Both the position numbers and the translations under genes were made by a program. The notes under the pieces were generated by a model. That model was not told the origin of the DNA, searched no databases, and was given only the letters and a program-made list of their open reading frames with translations. Positions 1 to 10,200 of a stretch of DNA of 64,000 nucleotides are shown here, one piece after another (the first letter of the stretch is position 1; each line of letters opens with the position of its first letter). This DNA comes from Escherichia phage T2. The stretch lies in the sequence record NC_054931.1, one strand, 5' to 3'.

Positions 1-2
1 AT

Positions 3-251
3 ATTCGTGCCGGATGGATTCCAGGAGTTTCTTCTCGTGGATTAGGTTCATTGACTGACACAAATAAAGGTTATCGTATCGTAAACGAAGGATTCAAATT
101 AACTGTAGGTGTTGATGCAGTATGGGGTCCAAGTGCTCCAGATGCATGGGTAACTCCTAAGGAAATTACCGAATCACAGACGGCGGAAGCCGATACAAGT
201 GCCGATGACGCCTATATGGCTCTCGCAGAGGCCATGAAAAAAGCGTTATAA
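3..251 (+). CDS. 21: prohead core protease gp21, C-terminal part (5' end cut by window edge)
   Basis: Frame open from window start, stop at 249-251; immediately upstream of gene 22 as in the T-even 21-22-23-24 head cluster. Confidence 0.6.
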   Translation: MRAGWIPGVSSRGLGSLTDTNKGYRIVNEGFKLTVGVDAVWGPSAPDAWVTPKEITESQTAEADTSADDAYMALAEAMKKAL

Positions 252-254
252 ATA
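247..254 (+). promoter_or_regulatory. late promoter -10 element TATAAATA upstream of gene 22
   Basis: Exact TATAAATA 28 nt upstream of the gene 22 ATG; T4 late promoter consensus. Confidence 0.5.
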
Positions 255-281
255 TTATTATCTAAACAACAGGACTACAAA

Positions 282-1091
282 ATGCTTAAAGAACAACTGA
301 TTGCCGAAGCGCAGAAAATTGATGCTTCCGTTGCTCTTGATAGTATTTTCGAATCAGTTAATATTTCTCCGGAAGCAAAAGAAACTTTCGGCACTGTATT
401 CGAAGCTACCGTCAAGCAGCACGCCGTTAAATTAGCTGAATCTCATATCGCTAAAATTGCTGAAAAAGCAGAAGAAGAAGTAGAAAAAAATAAAGAAGAA
501 GCCGAAGAAAAAGCTGAGAAGAAAATCGCTGAGCAAGCTTCTAAATTCATTGACCATCTTGCAAAAGAATGGCTCGCTGAAAATAAATTAGCAGTTGATA
601 AAGGCATCAAAGCCGAACTGTTTGAATCCATGCTTGGTGGATTAAAAGAGCTCTTTGTTGAACACAACGTTGTTGTTCCAGAAGAATCAGTTGATATTGT
701 AGCTGAAATGGAAGAAGAGCTGCAAGAACATAAAGAAGAATCAGCTCGTCTGTTCGAAGAACTCAATATGCGCGACGCATATATCAATTATGTGCAGCGT
801 GAAGTGGCATTGAGCGAAAGTACTAAAGATCTGACTGAGTCTCAAAAAGAAAAAGTCTCTGCTCTGGTCGAAGGTATGGATTATTCAGATGCATTCTCAA
901 GTAAATTGAGTGCCATCGTAGAAATGGTGAAGAAGTCTAATAAAGATGAAAGCACTATTACTGATGGTATAAATACTCCTGATACTGAAGCAGCCGGACT
1001 GAATTTCGTCACTGAAGCTGTAGAAGATAAAGCTGCACATGGTGCAGAAGATATTGTAAGTGTATATGCGAAAGTCGCATCTCGTTTCTAA
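282..1091 (+). CDS. 22: prohead core scaffolding protein gp22
   Basis: 269-aa Glu/Lys-rich coiled-coil ORF directly upstream of the major capsid gene; length and position match T4 gp22. Confidence 0.9.
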   Translation: MLKEQLIAEAQKIDASVALDSIFESVNISPEAKETFGTVFEATVKQHAVKLAESHIAKIAEKAEEEVEKNKEEAEEKAEKKIAEQASKFIDHLAKEWLAENKLAVDKGIKAELFESMLGGLKELFVEHNVVVPEESVDIVAEMEEELQEHKEESARLFEELNMRDAYINYVQREVALSESTKDLTESQKEKVSALVEGMDYSDAFSSKLSAIVEMVKKSNKDESTITDGINTPDTEAAGLNFVTEAVEDKAAHGAEDIVSVYAKVASRF

Positions 1092-1109
1092 TTTTAAAGG
1101 TTAACACAA

Positions 1110-2675
1110 ATGACTATCAAAACTAAAGCTGAACTTTTGAACAAATGGAAGCCATTACTGGAAGGTGAAGGTTTACCGGAAATTGCTAATAGCAAACAAG
1201 CGATTATCGCTAAAATCTTTGAAAACCAGGAAAAAGATTTCCAGACAGCTCCGGAATATAAAGACGAAAAAATTGCTCAGGCATTCGGTTCTTTCTTAAC
1301 AGAAGCTGAAATCGGTGGTGACCACGGTTACAATGCTACCAACATCGCTGCAGGTCAGACTTCTGGCGCAGTAACTCAGATTGGCCCAGCTGTTATGGGT
1401 ATGGTACGTCGTGCTATTCCTAACCTGATTGCTTTCGATATTTGTGGTGTTCAGCCGATGAACAGCCCGACTGGCCAGGTATTCGCACTGCGCGCAGTAT
1501 ACGGTAAAGACCCGGTCGCTTCTGGTGCTAAAGAAGCATTCCACCCAATGTATGGTCCAGATGCAATGTTCTCTGGTCAGGGTGCTGCTAAGAAATTCGC
1601 TGCTTTGAAAGCAAGTGATACTCTTGAAGTCGGAACTATTTACACTCACTTCTTCCAGGAAACTGGTACTGTATATCTGCAAGCTACAGAAGTTAAACAA
1701 ATCGATGTCGGTGCTAGTGATGCAGCTAAATTAGATGCTGAAATTAAGAAACAAATGGAAGCTGGTGTACTGGTAGAAATCGCTGAAGGTATGGCTACTT
1801 CTATCGCTGAACTTCAGGAAGGTTTCAATGGTTCTACCGATAACCCATGGAATGAAATGGGCTTCCGTATCGATAAGCAAGTTATCGAAGCTAAATCTCG
1901 CCAGCTGAAAGCTGCTTACTCTATTGAATTAGCACAAGACCTCCGCGCTGTTCACGGTATGGATGCTGATGCTGAACTGTCTGGTATTCTGGCTACAGAA
2001 ATTATGCTGGAAATCAACCGTGAAGTTGTTGATTGGATTAACTACTCAGCTCAGGTTGGTAAATCTGGTATGACCCTGACTCCAGGTTCTAAAGCTGGTG
2101 TATTTGACTTCCAGGACCCAATCGATATTCGTGGTGCTCGCTGGGCGGGTGAATCCTTTAAAGCTCTGTTGTTCCAGATTGACAAAGAAGCAGTTGAAAT
2201 TGCTCGTCAGACCGGTCGTGGTGAAGGTAACTTCATTATCGCTTCCCGTAACGTAGTTAACGTTCTGGCTTCAGTTGATACCGGCATTTCTTATGCTGCA
2301 CAGGGTCTGGCTACCGGCTTCAACACTGATACTACCAAGTCAGTATTTGCTGGTGTTCTGGGTGGTAAATACCGCGTATATATCGACCAGTATGCTAAAC
2401 AGGATTATTTCACTGTAGGTTATAAAGGTCCGAACGAAATGGATGCTGGTATTTACTATGCTCCATATGTAGCTCTGACTCCGCTGCGTGGTTCCGATCC
2501 GAAGAACTTCCAACCGGTAATGGGATTCAAAACTCGTTACGGTATCGGTATCAACCCATTTGCAGAATCCGCTGCTCAGGCTCCGGCTTCTCGCATCCAG
2601 AGCGGTATGCCTTCTATTCTGAATAGCCTTGGTAAAAACGCTTACTTTAGACGTGTATATGTTAAAGGTATCTAA
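1110..2675 (+). CDS. 23: major capsid protein gp23
   Basis: 521-aa ORF beginning MTIKTKAELLNKWKPLLEGEG, recognised as T4 gp23. Confidence 0.97.
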   Translation: MTIKTKAELLNKWKPLLEGEGLPEIANSKQAIIAKIFENQEKDFQTAPEYKDEKIAQAFGSFLTEAEIGGDHGYNATNIAAGQTSGAVTQIGPAVMGMVRRAIPNLIAFDICGVQPMNSPTGQVFALRAVYGKDPVASGAKEAFHPMYGPDAMFSGQGAAKKFAALKASDTLEVGTIYTHFFQETGTVYLQATEVKQIDVGASDAAKLDAEIKKQMEAGVLVEIAEGMATSIAELQEGFNGSTDNPWNEMGFRIDKQVIEAKSRQLKAAYSIELAQDLRAVHGMDADAELSGILATEIMLEINREVVDWINYSAQVGKSGMTLTPGSKAGVFDFQDPIDIRGARWAGESFKALLFQIDKEAVEIARQTGRGEGNFIIASRNVVNVLASVDTGISYAAQGLATGFNTDTTKSVFAGVLGGKYRVYIDQYAKQDYFTVGYKGPNEMDAGIYYAPYVALTPLRGSDPKNFQPVMGFKTRYGIGINPFAESAAQAPASRIQSGMPSILNSLGKNAYFRRVYVKGI

Positions 2676-2690
2676 TCTTTGACGATTTAA

Positions 2691-2720
2691 GGGACCTTCG
2701 GGTCCCTTTAGTTGTTTTTA
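2691..2720 (+). terminator. intrinsic terminator after gene 23
   Basis: GGGACC-TTCG-GGTCCC hairpin followed by T-rich run. Confidence 0.6.
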
Positions 2721-2723
2721 TGG

Positions 2724-2731
2724 TATAAATA
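2724..2731 (+). promoter_or_regulatory. late promoter TATAAATA upstream of gene 24
   Basis: Exact TATAAATA 28 nt upstream of the gene 24 ATG. Confidence 0.55.
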
Positions 2732-2758
2732 AATCATATAAACCAAAAGGAAAGCGCA

Positions 2759-4042
2759 ATGGCTAAAATCAACGAACTTCTGCGCGAATCAACCACAACG
2801 AATAGCAACTCAATCGGTCGCCCAAATCTCGTTGCTTTGACTCGCGCTACCACTAAATTAATATATTCTGACATTGTAGCAACGCAAAGAACTAATCAAC
2901 CTGTTGCTGCTTTTTATGGTATCAAATACCTTAACCCAGACAACGAATTTACATTTAAAACTGGTGCTACTTATGCTGGCGAAGCTGGATATGTAGACCG
3001 AGAACAAATCACAGAATTAACAGAAGAGTCTAAATTAACTCTCAATAAAGGCGATTTATTCAAATATAATAATATCGTTTATAAAGTATTAGAAGATACA
3101 CCATTTGCTGATATTGAAGAAAGCGACTTAGAGCTGGCTCTTCAGATTGCAATTGTTCTTTTAAAGGTTCGTCTATTTTCTGACGCAGCGTCAACAAGCA
3201 AATTTGAAAGCTCTGATAGTGAAATTGCGGATGCTAGATTCCAGATTAATAAATGGCAAACCGCGGTTAAATCTCGTAAACTTAAAACTGGCATCACAGT
3301 TGAATTAGCGCAAGATTTAGAAGCAAATGGATTCGATGCTCCTAATTTCTTGGAAGATTTGCTTGCAACTGAAATGGCAGATGAAATCAATAAAGATATT
3401 CTGCAATCTTTGATTACAGTGTCAAAACGCTATAAAGTTACAGGAATTACTGATAGTGGATTCATCGATTTGAGTTATGCGTCTGCACCTGAAGCTGGTC
3501 GTTCATTATACCGAATGGTATGTGAAATTGTTTCGCATATCCAAAAAGAATCAACTTATACAGCAACGTTCTGTGTTGCTTCTGCTCGTGCCGCTGCGAT
3601 TCTTGCTGCATCAGGTTGGTTAAAACATAAACCAGAAGATGACAAATATCTTTCACAAAATGCCTACGGGTTATTAGCTAATGGTTTACCGCTTTATTGC
3701 GATACTAACAGCCCATTAGATTATGTAATCGTTGGTGTAGTAGAAAATATCGGTGAAAAAGAAATTGTTGGATCAATTTTCTATGCTCCGTATACAGAAG
3801 GTCTCGACTTAGATGACCCTGAACATGTAGGCGCATTTAAAGTTGTTGTTGATCCAGAAAGCTTACAACCGTCTATCAGTTTATTAGTTAGATATGCTTT
3901 ATCAGCAAATCCTTATACCGTAGCAAAAGATGAAAAAGAAGCAAGAGTAATTGATGGTGGAGACATGGATAAAATGGCGGGTCGTTCAGATTTGTCTGTT
4001 TTATTAGGTGTTAAATTACCAAAAATTATTATTGATGAATAA
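2759..4042 (+). CDS. 24: capsid vertex protein gp24
   Basis: 427-aa gp23 paralog immediately downstream of 23; length matches T4 gp24. Confidence 0.93.
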   Translation: MAKINELLRESTTTNSNSIGRPNLVALTRATTKLIYSDIVATQRTNQPVAAFYGIKYLNPDNEFTFKTGATYAGEAGYVDREQITELTEESKLTLNKGDLFKYNNIVYKVLEDTPFADIEESDLELALQIAIVLLKVRLFSDAASTSKFESSDSEIADARFQINKWQTAVKSRKLKTGITVELAQDLEANGFDAPNFLEDLLATEMADEINKDILQSLITVSKRYKVTGITDSGFIDLSYASAPEAGRSLYRMVCEIVSHIQKESTYTATFCVASARAAAILAASGWLKHKPEDDKYLSQNAYGLLANGLPLYCDTNSPLDYVIVGVVENIGEKEIVGSIFYAPYTEGLDLDDPEHVGAFKVVVDPESLQPSISLLVRYALSANPYTVAKDEKEARVIDGGDMDKMAGRSDLSVLLGVKLPKIIIDE

Positions 4043-4048
4043 AACAAA

Positions 4049-4073
4049 GGGACCGAAAGGTCCCTTTTTATTT
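4049..4073. terminator. bidirectional intrinsic terminator between gene 24 and rnlB
   Basis: GGGACC-GAAA-GGTCCC hairpin with T tract on + strand and A tract upstream; lies between convergent genes. Confidence 0.65.
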
Positions 4074-5072
4074 AGCTCACCAACTCAATCCAAGCTGGAC
4101 GAAGTACATCTTACCATTTTAACTAATTCCTTTTTAATCAAAGAAGGATTATCTGCTTGAGTTAGAGTAATACCTTCACGAGAAGTTTCTTCCAAAATAT
4201 CTTGAACAGTTAGCCCCATCACCTTTCCAAAATCCTTTGGACCAATTTCGCCAATTTTAGAAATAACGTTATTTACACGGTTCAGTGTAACGTAACAAGC
4301 TAAAATTCCCACCAATTTGTTATCAGCTTCTGATAGTTCAACTTTAGCTTTAATAGGCTTATCAGACTTTTTCTTTTCACTAAATTTGGAATTCTTGCAT
4401 TTAATTGCTACACGATTTCCATTATGAAGCCAAGAAGGATAACAAGGTTTCAATACATATCCTTCAGCAGTAAATACTTCGCCTTTTGCTTCGGCATTCC
4501 AAACGCATTTATTTGCATCAACTAATCCAGCATGGTCTACTGTAAAATTATAATCTTGGACGACAGAATCTAAATCATTTGGCAATTTAATAAGCTCTTC
4601 AAATTTACCGCGACCTAAAAGTGGAGCAATTTTAAATTTAAATGTATTACAGAATGATTCCATCATATAATCATCAACATAAGTCACATCACCACTTTCT
4701 GTAGTGACAATAATGTCAAATACATAAAAATCTTTATCGCCATAATCAACATTCTTCTGAATGCCAGGTCCAGCGAATTCGCCAAAGACTTGATAAGATA
4801 CAACCGCTGAGGTTTCCATAATATCTTGTACTGCTTTAATGGAATCAGCGTAATTCTTTAGAATAATTTCATACCCAAAGAAATCTTCAGCAGGAAGAAT
4901 CGGTCCAGTACGTTTAGCACAAGTTACTTTATCACGCTCAATAATCAATGAGAAATTTGTGCCGTGAATCTTTTCACGAGCTACCCATTCGCCGCCAGTC
5001 AATCCCAAGCTGTAAAGTTTTTCAATAAATTTAGAGTTGTAATGATTTTCAAGACTGCTACTTTTTAAACAT
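4072..5072 (-). pseudogene. rnlB: RNA ligase 2 (Rnl2) gene disrupted by two 2-bp deletions
   Basis: ATG at 5072 gives MFKK then TAG; the body (KIHGTNF ligase motif) is in a second frame from 5008; the C-terminus switches to a third frame encoding [12 protein letters not shown] with stop at 4072-4074. Confidence 0.75.
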
Positions 5073-5081
5073 AATTAATCC

Positions 5082-5357
5082 TCAAAATGTAATTTCTAAC
5101 CAATCACCATCACGCTGATCACTATTGACTTTAAAATTAAATCCTTCTTTTCTCAGCCAATCACCAATTTCTTCAGTAATCAATTTATCGCGAGCAGTAT
5201 AATAACTAAAATATGTTTTACCTTGTTCAGCTGCTTTATTAGCAAGTTCCGAAAAATCTTTAATAAAACACTCTAGCTTAAACTGTTTACTTTTTAATGC
5301 TTTTTCGCGTAATTGATTAGCAAAAGATTCATTTTCATAAAGTTCATACTGTTCCAT
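5082..5357 (-). CDS. hypothetical protein (24.2-like position)
   Basis: 91-aa ORF, synteny between rnlB and hoc. Confidence 0.55.
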   Translation of the reverse strand: MEQYELYENESFANQLREKALKSKQFKLECFIKDFSELANKAAEQGKTYFSYYTARDKLITEEIGDWLRKEGFNFKVNSDQRDGDWLEITF

Positions 5358-5559
5358 TTTTCACCTTTTTATTGATATGTCTTTTTCTATAGACAACTTT
5401 TTCTCGAGTTTCAAATTTATTCTTAGCAGTCATAGCTCGAGCCCATAATACAGCCACTTCTTTTGCATGTAAGTTTAATTCACGAGCAATTTCAATGAAT
5501 GACTTTCCAGACTCATGAAGAGTAAACACCACAACCTCAGTTCTCATATTCAATCTCAT
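5344..5559 (-). CDS. hypothetical protein (24.3-like position)
   Basis: 71-aa ORF overlapping the downstream gene by 14 nt. Confidence 0.55.
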   Translation of the reverse strand: MRLNMRTEVVVFTLHESGKSFIEIARELNLHAKEVAVLWARAMTAKNKFETREKVVYRKRHINKKVKNGTV

Positions 5560-5628
5560 GTTATCGAGTTGGTGCCATTATATACATCATTTTCTGATTG
5601 TGTTTTGTGTGCTTTCAAAATGAAGAAA

Positions 5629-5642
5629 GGGGCCGAAGCCCC
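5629..5642 (-). terminator. stem-loop/terminator downstream of hoc
   Basis: GGGGC-CGAA-GCCCC hairpin followed on the - strand by a T-rich tract. Confidence 0.5.
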
Positions 5643-5648
5643 TTATGA

Positions 5649-6765
5649 TTATGGATAGGTATAGATGATACCAGTTTCTAAAGCAGTTTTATGAATGATG
5701 TATCCATTACGCGATTCTTGGACATCAACTTCTGGATAGTCTTTCATCATCTTCTGAAGAGTGTAACGATGCAGGTAGTATTTACTCTGGATCTTCAGTT
5801 TTCCAATCTTTACCTTCTTCAGTCATTTTTTGGATTTCATCCATAACCCACCAACCGCACCAGATGTAAGCTGAAGTACGATGTGGAAGAGGATGAACAT
5901 AAGGTAATTCACCTTCTGGTTCTGGAGCAACTTTATCAGTTACCTGAACTTGACCTGTTGTTTTAACTGTTTTGCTATCATAATCAGTAGCAGTAACGAC
6001 GGCAGTCACTTCAATAGTTTGACTTCCAACAGATGAAGTATCAACGGTATATACATTAGTTGACCCTTCTACAGGAGAAGAATCTTTCTTCCATGAATAA
6101 GTAATTTGCGCTTCTTCTGGAGCATCAGTAACATTAGCAGTAAATGTAGCCGAAGCATCTTGTTGAACGTTAATAGAAGGAGGAGTCAATGTAACCTGTG
6201 GATTCATTGTCTTCTTATTAACCGTTAATGACACTTCATTAGAAGTAACGCTTAGTGCATCATAATCTGTCGCGGTTACTTGAGCTACACACTTGATTTT
6301 TTAACTCCACTTGTAGTTGGAGTATAGCTAAATGTAGAGTTAGTTTCTCCACCAACTTGTGAATCATCTACATACCACTGATACGTAGCAGATGCTCCAT
6401 CAGGTTGAGAAGCTAAGGCAGCAGTAAATTGAACTGGGGTTCCGATTACTCCAGCGTCAGGGCTATTAGGAGTTACAGCTAAGGTGGTCGTTTGTGTCTT
6501 ATTTTGAACTGTGATAGTTGTAGTAGCTTCTGCTGTTTCAGCTTCAGCTTCTGGAATTGTATTTGTTGCAACTACTTTAATAGTCTTTTGACCGGCAGGT
6601 ATAACTAAAAGTTGCTTCAGCTCCATCTTGTGGAACATTATCTACGCTCCAAGCATAGGTAATAGTTCCACCTTCAGTTTGACCACTGGGTGCAGCAGTA
6701 AACTGCTTGGTTTCATCAATAACCCCTGTCGGTGTTTTAGGAGTTATATCAACTGTAAAAGTCAT
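5649..6765 (-). pseudogene. hoc: hoc (outer capsid decoration protein) disrupted by three frameshifts
   Basis: N-terminus MTFTVDITPKTPTGVIDETKQF matches T4 Hoc; coding continues in three different frames with breaks near 6600, 6295 (A-run) and 5786; C-terminal ...GIIYTYP read in the third frame to stop 5649-5651. Confidence 0.75.
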
Positions 6766-6774
6766 AAGTTATCC

Positions 6775-7455
6775 TTATTTTAATGTTACGAAAGAAGAAT
6801 TGCGTGTTTCACGAATTAAAACTGATCCGTCGCGGTTAATGTAATAAATTAAGCTAAATAAAGTTTGGTGTGCTGACGCATGTTCAAAACTAGTTGGGTG
6901 AGATTTCCAATCCGGAGTTTCAGCAATCCATTGATAAATCCACCAAGGAACAGTGCAGAATCCTGGATTTTTTCCAATCAGCTGAAGATTCGGACTAAAG
7001 TTTTCCGGAAGAGTAAATACAGACGGCTTTTCAGATTCAATAATCTCAGCTACAGCTTGTTCAAACTTTTCTTCAACAAAAGGAGTATCTTCAATCAAAA
7101 CATCGGTATTTTCAGGAATTTTATCCGTTTCTACTACTTCAATTTTAATGTCAGATTTAACCGGAGAATCAATCAGAAGTGCTGCTTCTGGATTGACTTC
7201 TTCATCGTCATATTTTAATCCCTCTGCGGCATCAGCAGCATCAATTAAGTCTTTAATAGATAACCCATCAGTCTCTGGCATAGGTTCACTAGCGAGCTTC
7301 TGGAGGGCTTCTTCAATATCAACAACGATATTATCAAAAGATTTATTCTTTTTGACCTTTATACCAAACTGTTCAGCATATTCAGCTAATTTAGCTTTAG
7401 CTTCTTTGTTATCATCAAGAGCCTTCAGCTCTGCAATATAATCTTTATCTATCAT
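6775..7455 (-). CDS. inh: inhibitor of prohead protease Inh
   Basis: 226-aa ORF between hoc and uvsW; length and position match T4 inh. Confidence 0.8.
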   Translation of the reverse strand: MIDKDYIAELKALDDNKEAKAKLAEYAEQFGIKVKKNKSFDNIVVDIEEALQKLASEPMPETDGLSIKDLIDAADAAEGLKYDDEEVNPEAALLIDSPVKSDIKIEVVETDKIPENTDVLIEDTPFVEEKFEQAVAEIIESEKPSVFTLPENFSPNLQLIGKNPGFCTVPWWIYQWIAETPDWKSHPTSFEHASAHQTLFSLIYYINRDGSVLIRETRNSSFVTLK

Positions 7456-7468
7456 AATATTTCCTCAG

Positions 7469-7476
7469 TATAAATA
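7469..7476 (+). promoter_or_regulatory. late promoter TATAAATA upstream of uvsW
   Basis: Exact TATAAATA 30 nt upstream of the uvsW ATG in the inh/uvsW divergent intergenic region. Confidence 0.5.
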
Positions 7477-7505
7477 TAGATATATTTATTACATGGTATT
7501 TAGAC

Positions 7506-9017
7506 ATGACTGACATTAAAGTACATTTTTATGATTTTAGTCACGTGAGAATTGATTGTGAAGAAAGTACATTTCATGAACTCCGTGATTTCTTTAGCTT
7601 TGAAGCTGATGGGTATCGTTTTAATCCGAAATACAAATATGGCCACTGGGATGGACGAATCCGTCTTTTAGATTATAATCGTCTTCTTCCATTCGGCTTA
7701 GTCGGGCAAATTAAAAAGTTCTGTGATAATTTTGGCTATAAAGCCTGGATTGACCCACAAATTAACGAAAAAGAAGAATTATCAAGAAAAGATTTTGATG
7801 AATGGCTTTCTAAATTAGAAATCTATTCAGGAAATAAAAGAATCGAACCACACTGGTATCAAAAAGATGCAGTGTTCGAAGGATTAGTTAATCGTCGTAG
7901 AATTCTTAATCTTCCAACATCTGCAGGTAAATCTTTAATTCAAGCTTTGCTTGCGCGATATTATTTGGAAAATTATGAAGGTAAAATTCTTATCATTGTT
8001 CCAACAACTGCTTTAACAACTCAGATGGCTGATGACTTTGTTGACTATCGTTTATTCAGTCATGCAATGATAAAGAAAATTGGTGGCGGAGCATCAAAAG
8101 ATGATAAATATAAAAATGATGCACCAGTCGTTGTTGGTACATGGCAAACTGTAGTTAAACAACCGAAAGAATGGTTCTCACAGTTTGGAATGATGATGAA
8201 TGATGAATGCCATCTTGCTACAGGAAAAAGTATTTCATCTATCATATCAGGTTTAAATAACTGCATGTTCAAATTCGGTTTGTCTGGTTCATTACGTGAT
8301 GGCAAAGCTAATATCATGCAGTATGTTGGAATGTTTGGTGAAATATTTAAGCCAGTAACGACTTCTAAATTAATGGAAGATGGACAAGTAACTGAGCTAA
8401 AAATTAATAGTATTTTTCTTCGCTATCCAGATGAGTTCACTACTAAATTAAAGGGAAAAACTTACCAAGAAGAAATAAAAATTATTACTGGGCTCAGTAA
8501 AAGAAATAAATGGATCGCTAAATTAGCTATTAAGCTTGCGCAAAAAGATGAAAACGCTTTTGTCATGTTTAAACATGTATCGCATGGTAAAGCTATTTTC
8601 GATTTAATTAAAAATGAATACGATAAAGTTTATTACGTATCAGGGGAAGTTGATACCGAAACCCGCAATATAATGAAAACCTTAGCTGAAAATGGTAAAG
8701 GAATAATTATAGTAGCTAGTTATGGTGTATTTTCTACTGGTATTTCAGTTAAAAATCTGCATCACGTTGTTTTAGCGCACGGTGTTAAATCAAAAATCAT
8801 TGTATTACAAACAATCGGTCGTGTATTACGTAAGCATGGTTCTAAGACAATAGCAACCGTCTGGGACCTCATAGATGATTGTGGTGTTAAGCCAAAATCT
8901 GCTAATACGAAAAAGAAATATGTTCATTTGAACTATCTTTTAAAACACGGCATTGATCGTATTCAGCGCTACGCAGATGAAAAATTTAATTACGTAATGA
9001 AAACAGTTAATTTATAA
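7506..9017 (+). CDS. uvsW: UvsW recombination/repair helicase (SF2 ATPase)
   Basis: 503-aa ORF with GKS Walker A and DECH Walker B motifs; recognised as T4 UvsW. Confidence 0.9.
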   Translation: MTDIKVHFYDFSHVRIDCEESTFHELRDFFSFEADGYRFNPKYKYGHWDGRIRLLDYNRLLPFGLVGQIKKFCDNFGYKAWIDPQINEKEELSRKDFDEWLSKLEIYSGNKRIEPHWYQKDAVFEGLVNRRRILNLPTSAGKSLIQALLARYYLENYEGKILIIVPTTALTTQMADDFVDYRLFSHAMIKKIGGGASKDDKYKNDAPVVVGTWQTVVKQPKEWFSQFGMMMNDECHLATGKSISSIISGLNNCMFKFGLSGSLRDGKANIMQYVGMFGEIFKPVTTSKLMEDGQVTELKINSIFLRYPDEFTTKLKGKTYQEEIKIITGLSKRNKWIAKLAIKLAQKDENAFVMFKHVSHGKAIFDLIKNEYDKVYYVSGEVDTETRNIMKTLAENGKGIIIVASYGVFSTGISVKNLHHVVLAHGVKSKIIVLQTIGRVLRKHGSKTIATVWDLIDDCGVKPKSANTKKKYVHLNYLLKHGIDRIQRYADEKFNYVMKTVNL

Positions 9018-9031
9018 GGGCTTCGGCCCTT
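9016..9031. other. GC hairpin AAGGGC-TTCG-GCCCTT between uvsW and uvsW.1
   Basis: 16-nt palindromic stem-loop; reverse complement of the hairpin found twice near rIIB. Confidence 0.5.
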
Positions 9032-9042
9032 TGGAGAAAAAG

Positions 9043-9273
9043 ATGTTACTAGGATTTAAACAATTTCTTTATGAAGCTTCTATTGATGAATTTATGGGTA
9101 AAATTGCCTCTTGTCAAACATTAGAAGGTTTAGAAGAACTTGAAGCTTATTATAAGAAAAGAGTCAAAGAAACTGAATTAAAAGATACTGATGACATCTC
9201 TGTAAGAGATGCTTTGGCAGGAAAAAGAGCTGAATTAGAAGATTCAGACGATGAAGTAGAAGAAAGCTTTTAA
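9043..9273 (+). CDS. uvsW.1: UvsW.1 small acidic protein
   Basis: 76 codons from ATG 9043 preceded by GGAG; ORF track starts at an upstream TTG. Confidence 0.7.
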   Translation: MLLGFKQFLYEASIDEFMGKIASCQTLEGLEELEAYYKKRVKETELKDTDDISVRDALAGKRAELEDSDDEVEESF

Positions 9274-9328
9274 ATTAAAAAAGGCCCAACCAAAAAGGAA
9301 GGGCCAAAACTATAGACTAAAGGTCACA

Positions 9329-9496
9329 CTATAGCAAAAGTTGTGTTTCATTTAATTGTTCTTCCGAACTTTCTGAAACTGGTAGTTCTTTAATGTAATT
9401 ATAGCAAGGCCCAGGATGTACAGGACCTTTGTCTGTTTCAACAACCAATGCAGAATCGATTGGAGTTTTACAGACAACACAAATCTTATCTGACAT
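9329..9496 (-). CDS. small Cys-containing hypothetical protein (uvsY.-2 position)
   Basis: 55-codon ORF MSDKICVVCK... with GAGGAG RBS; below the ORF-track size cutoff. Confidence 0.5.
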   Translation of the reverse strand: MSDKICVVCKTPIDSALVVETDKGPVHPGPCYNYIKELPVSESSEEQLNETQLLL

Positions 9497-9522
9497 GATT
9501 GTCTCCTCTGAATTATATCTAT

Positions 9523-9747
9523 TTATACAACTCTCATATGCATATCAATGCCCATATCTTTAGAATAAAAATATTCATCAAGATATCCGGCAAATTTTCC
9601 TTTAATATAAAGGACATCTTCACCACACGGGTGATCGGCCAGGATACGAATATCCTGACGCTTAAGATTATGCTTTTTCATTAAGAATTGAATCTCAGTT
9701 TCAAATTCTTCTTCATAATTAAAAGCATCATCAATGCTATATCTCAT
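9523..9747 (-). CDS. hypothetical protein (uvsY.-1 position)
   Basis: 74-aa ORF immediately downstream of uvsY. Confidence 0.6.
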   Translation of the reverse strand: MRYSIDDAFNYEEEFETEIQFLMKKHNLKRQDIRILADHPCGEDVLYIKGKFAGYLDEYFYSKDMGIDMHMRVV

Positions 9748-10160
9748 TATTTTCCAGCCTCAAATGCCCGCATGTCTTGAATATGCTTAATAGCAAATCC
9801 GCGTGATTTGATAGCATCAAGAGCTCCGCTACAGAAATCTAATAAAATCCCCCAATACTGTAACGAGGTATCAACCTTTAAAACATCCTTATCCGCTGAT
9901 AGAACTGTCTTCATTTCTGATTTCTCGTAACGATCCATACTAAATTCATCACCATCTCCTCGTCCCGAGTAGTAGTCTAATTTAGCTTTAAGAGCAACTT
10001 TTTTCTGTGCGTCAATTCTAAGCATTTCCTTTTTAATACTTGAATGCTTATTAAGCCATTTACTGTATAACATCACATTATTAGCTGCTTCATACTGTAA
10101 TTTAGTTGAATCTATAAACACATCTTTCTTCAATTCTTCTTGAAGATCTTCTAATCTCAT
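9747..10160 (-). CDS. uvsY: UvsY recombination mediator
   Basis: 137-aa ORF; length, sequence and synteny match T4 UvsY. Confidence 0.9.
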   Translation of the reverse strand: MRLEDLQEELKKDVFIDSTKLQYEAANNVMLYSKWLNKHSSIKKEMLRIDAQKKVALKAKLDYYSGRGDGDEFSMDRYEKSEMKTVLSADKDVLKVDTSLQYWGILLDFCSGALDAIKSRGFAIKHIQDMRAFEAGK

Positions 10161-10200
10161 ATTGTTCTCTATTCAATTGTTATTGGATGGACTTAGATTC

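Noticed and set aside
443-787. 114-aa ORF on the - strand inside gene 22
   Set aside because: Antisense to a well-supported gene; Ser-rich low-complexity product is the mirror of the Glu/Lys-rich gp22 codons.
1296-1700. 134-aa ORF antisense to gene 23
   Set aside because: Lies entirely inside the major capsid gene on the opposite strand; no RBS or synteny support.
6880-7441. Two + strand ORFs (112 and 97 aa) overlapping inh
   Set aside because: Antisense to inh with low-complexity products; treated as spurious.
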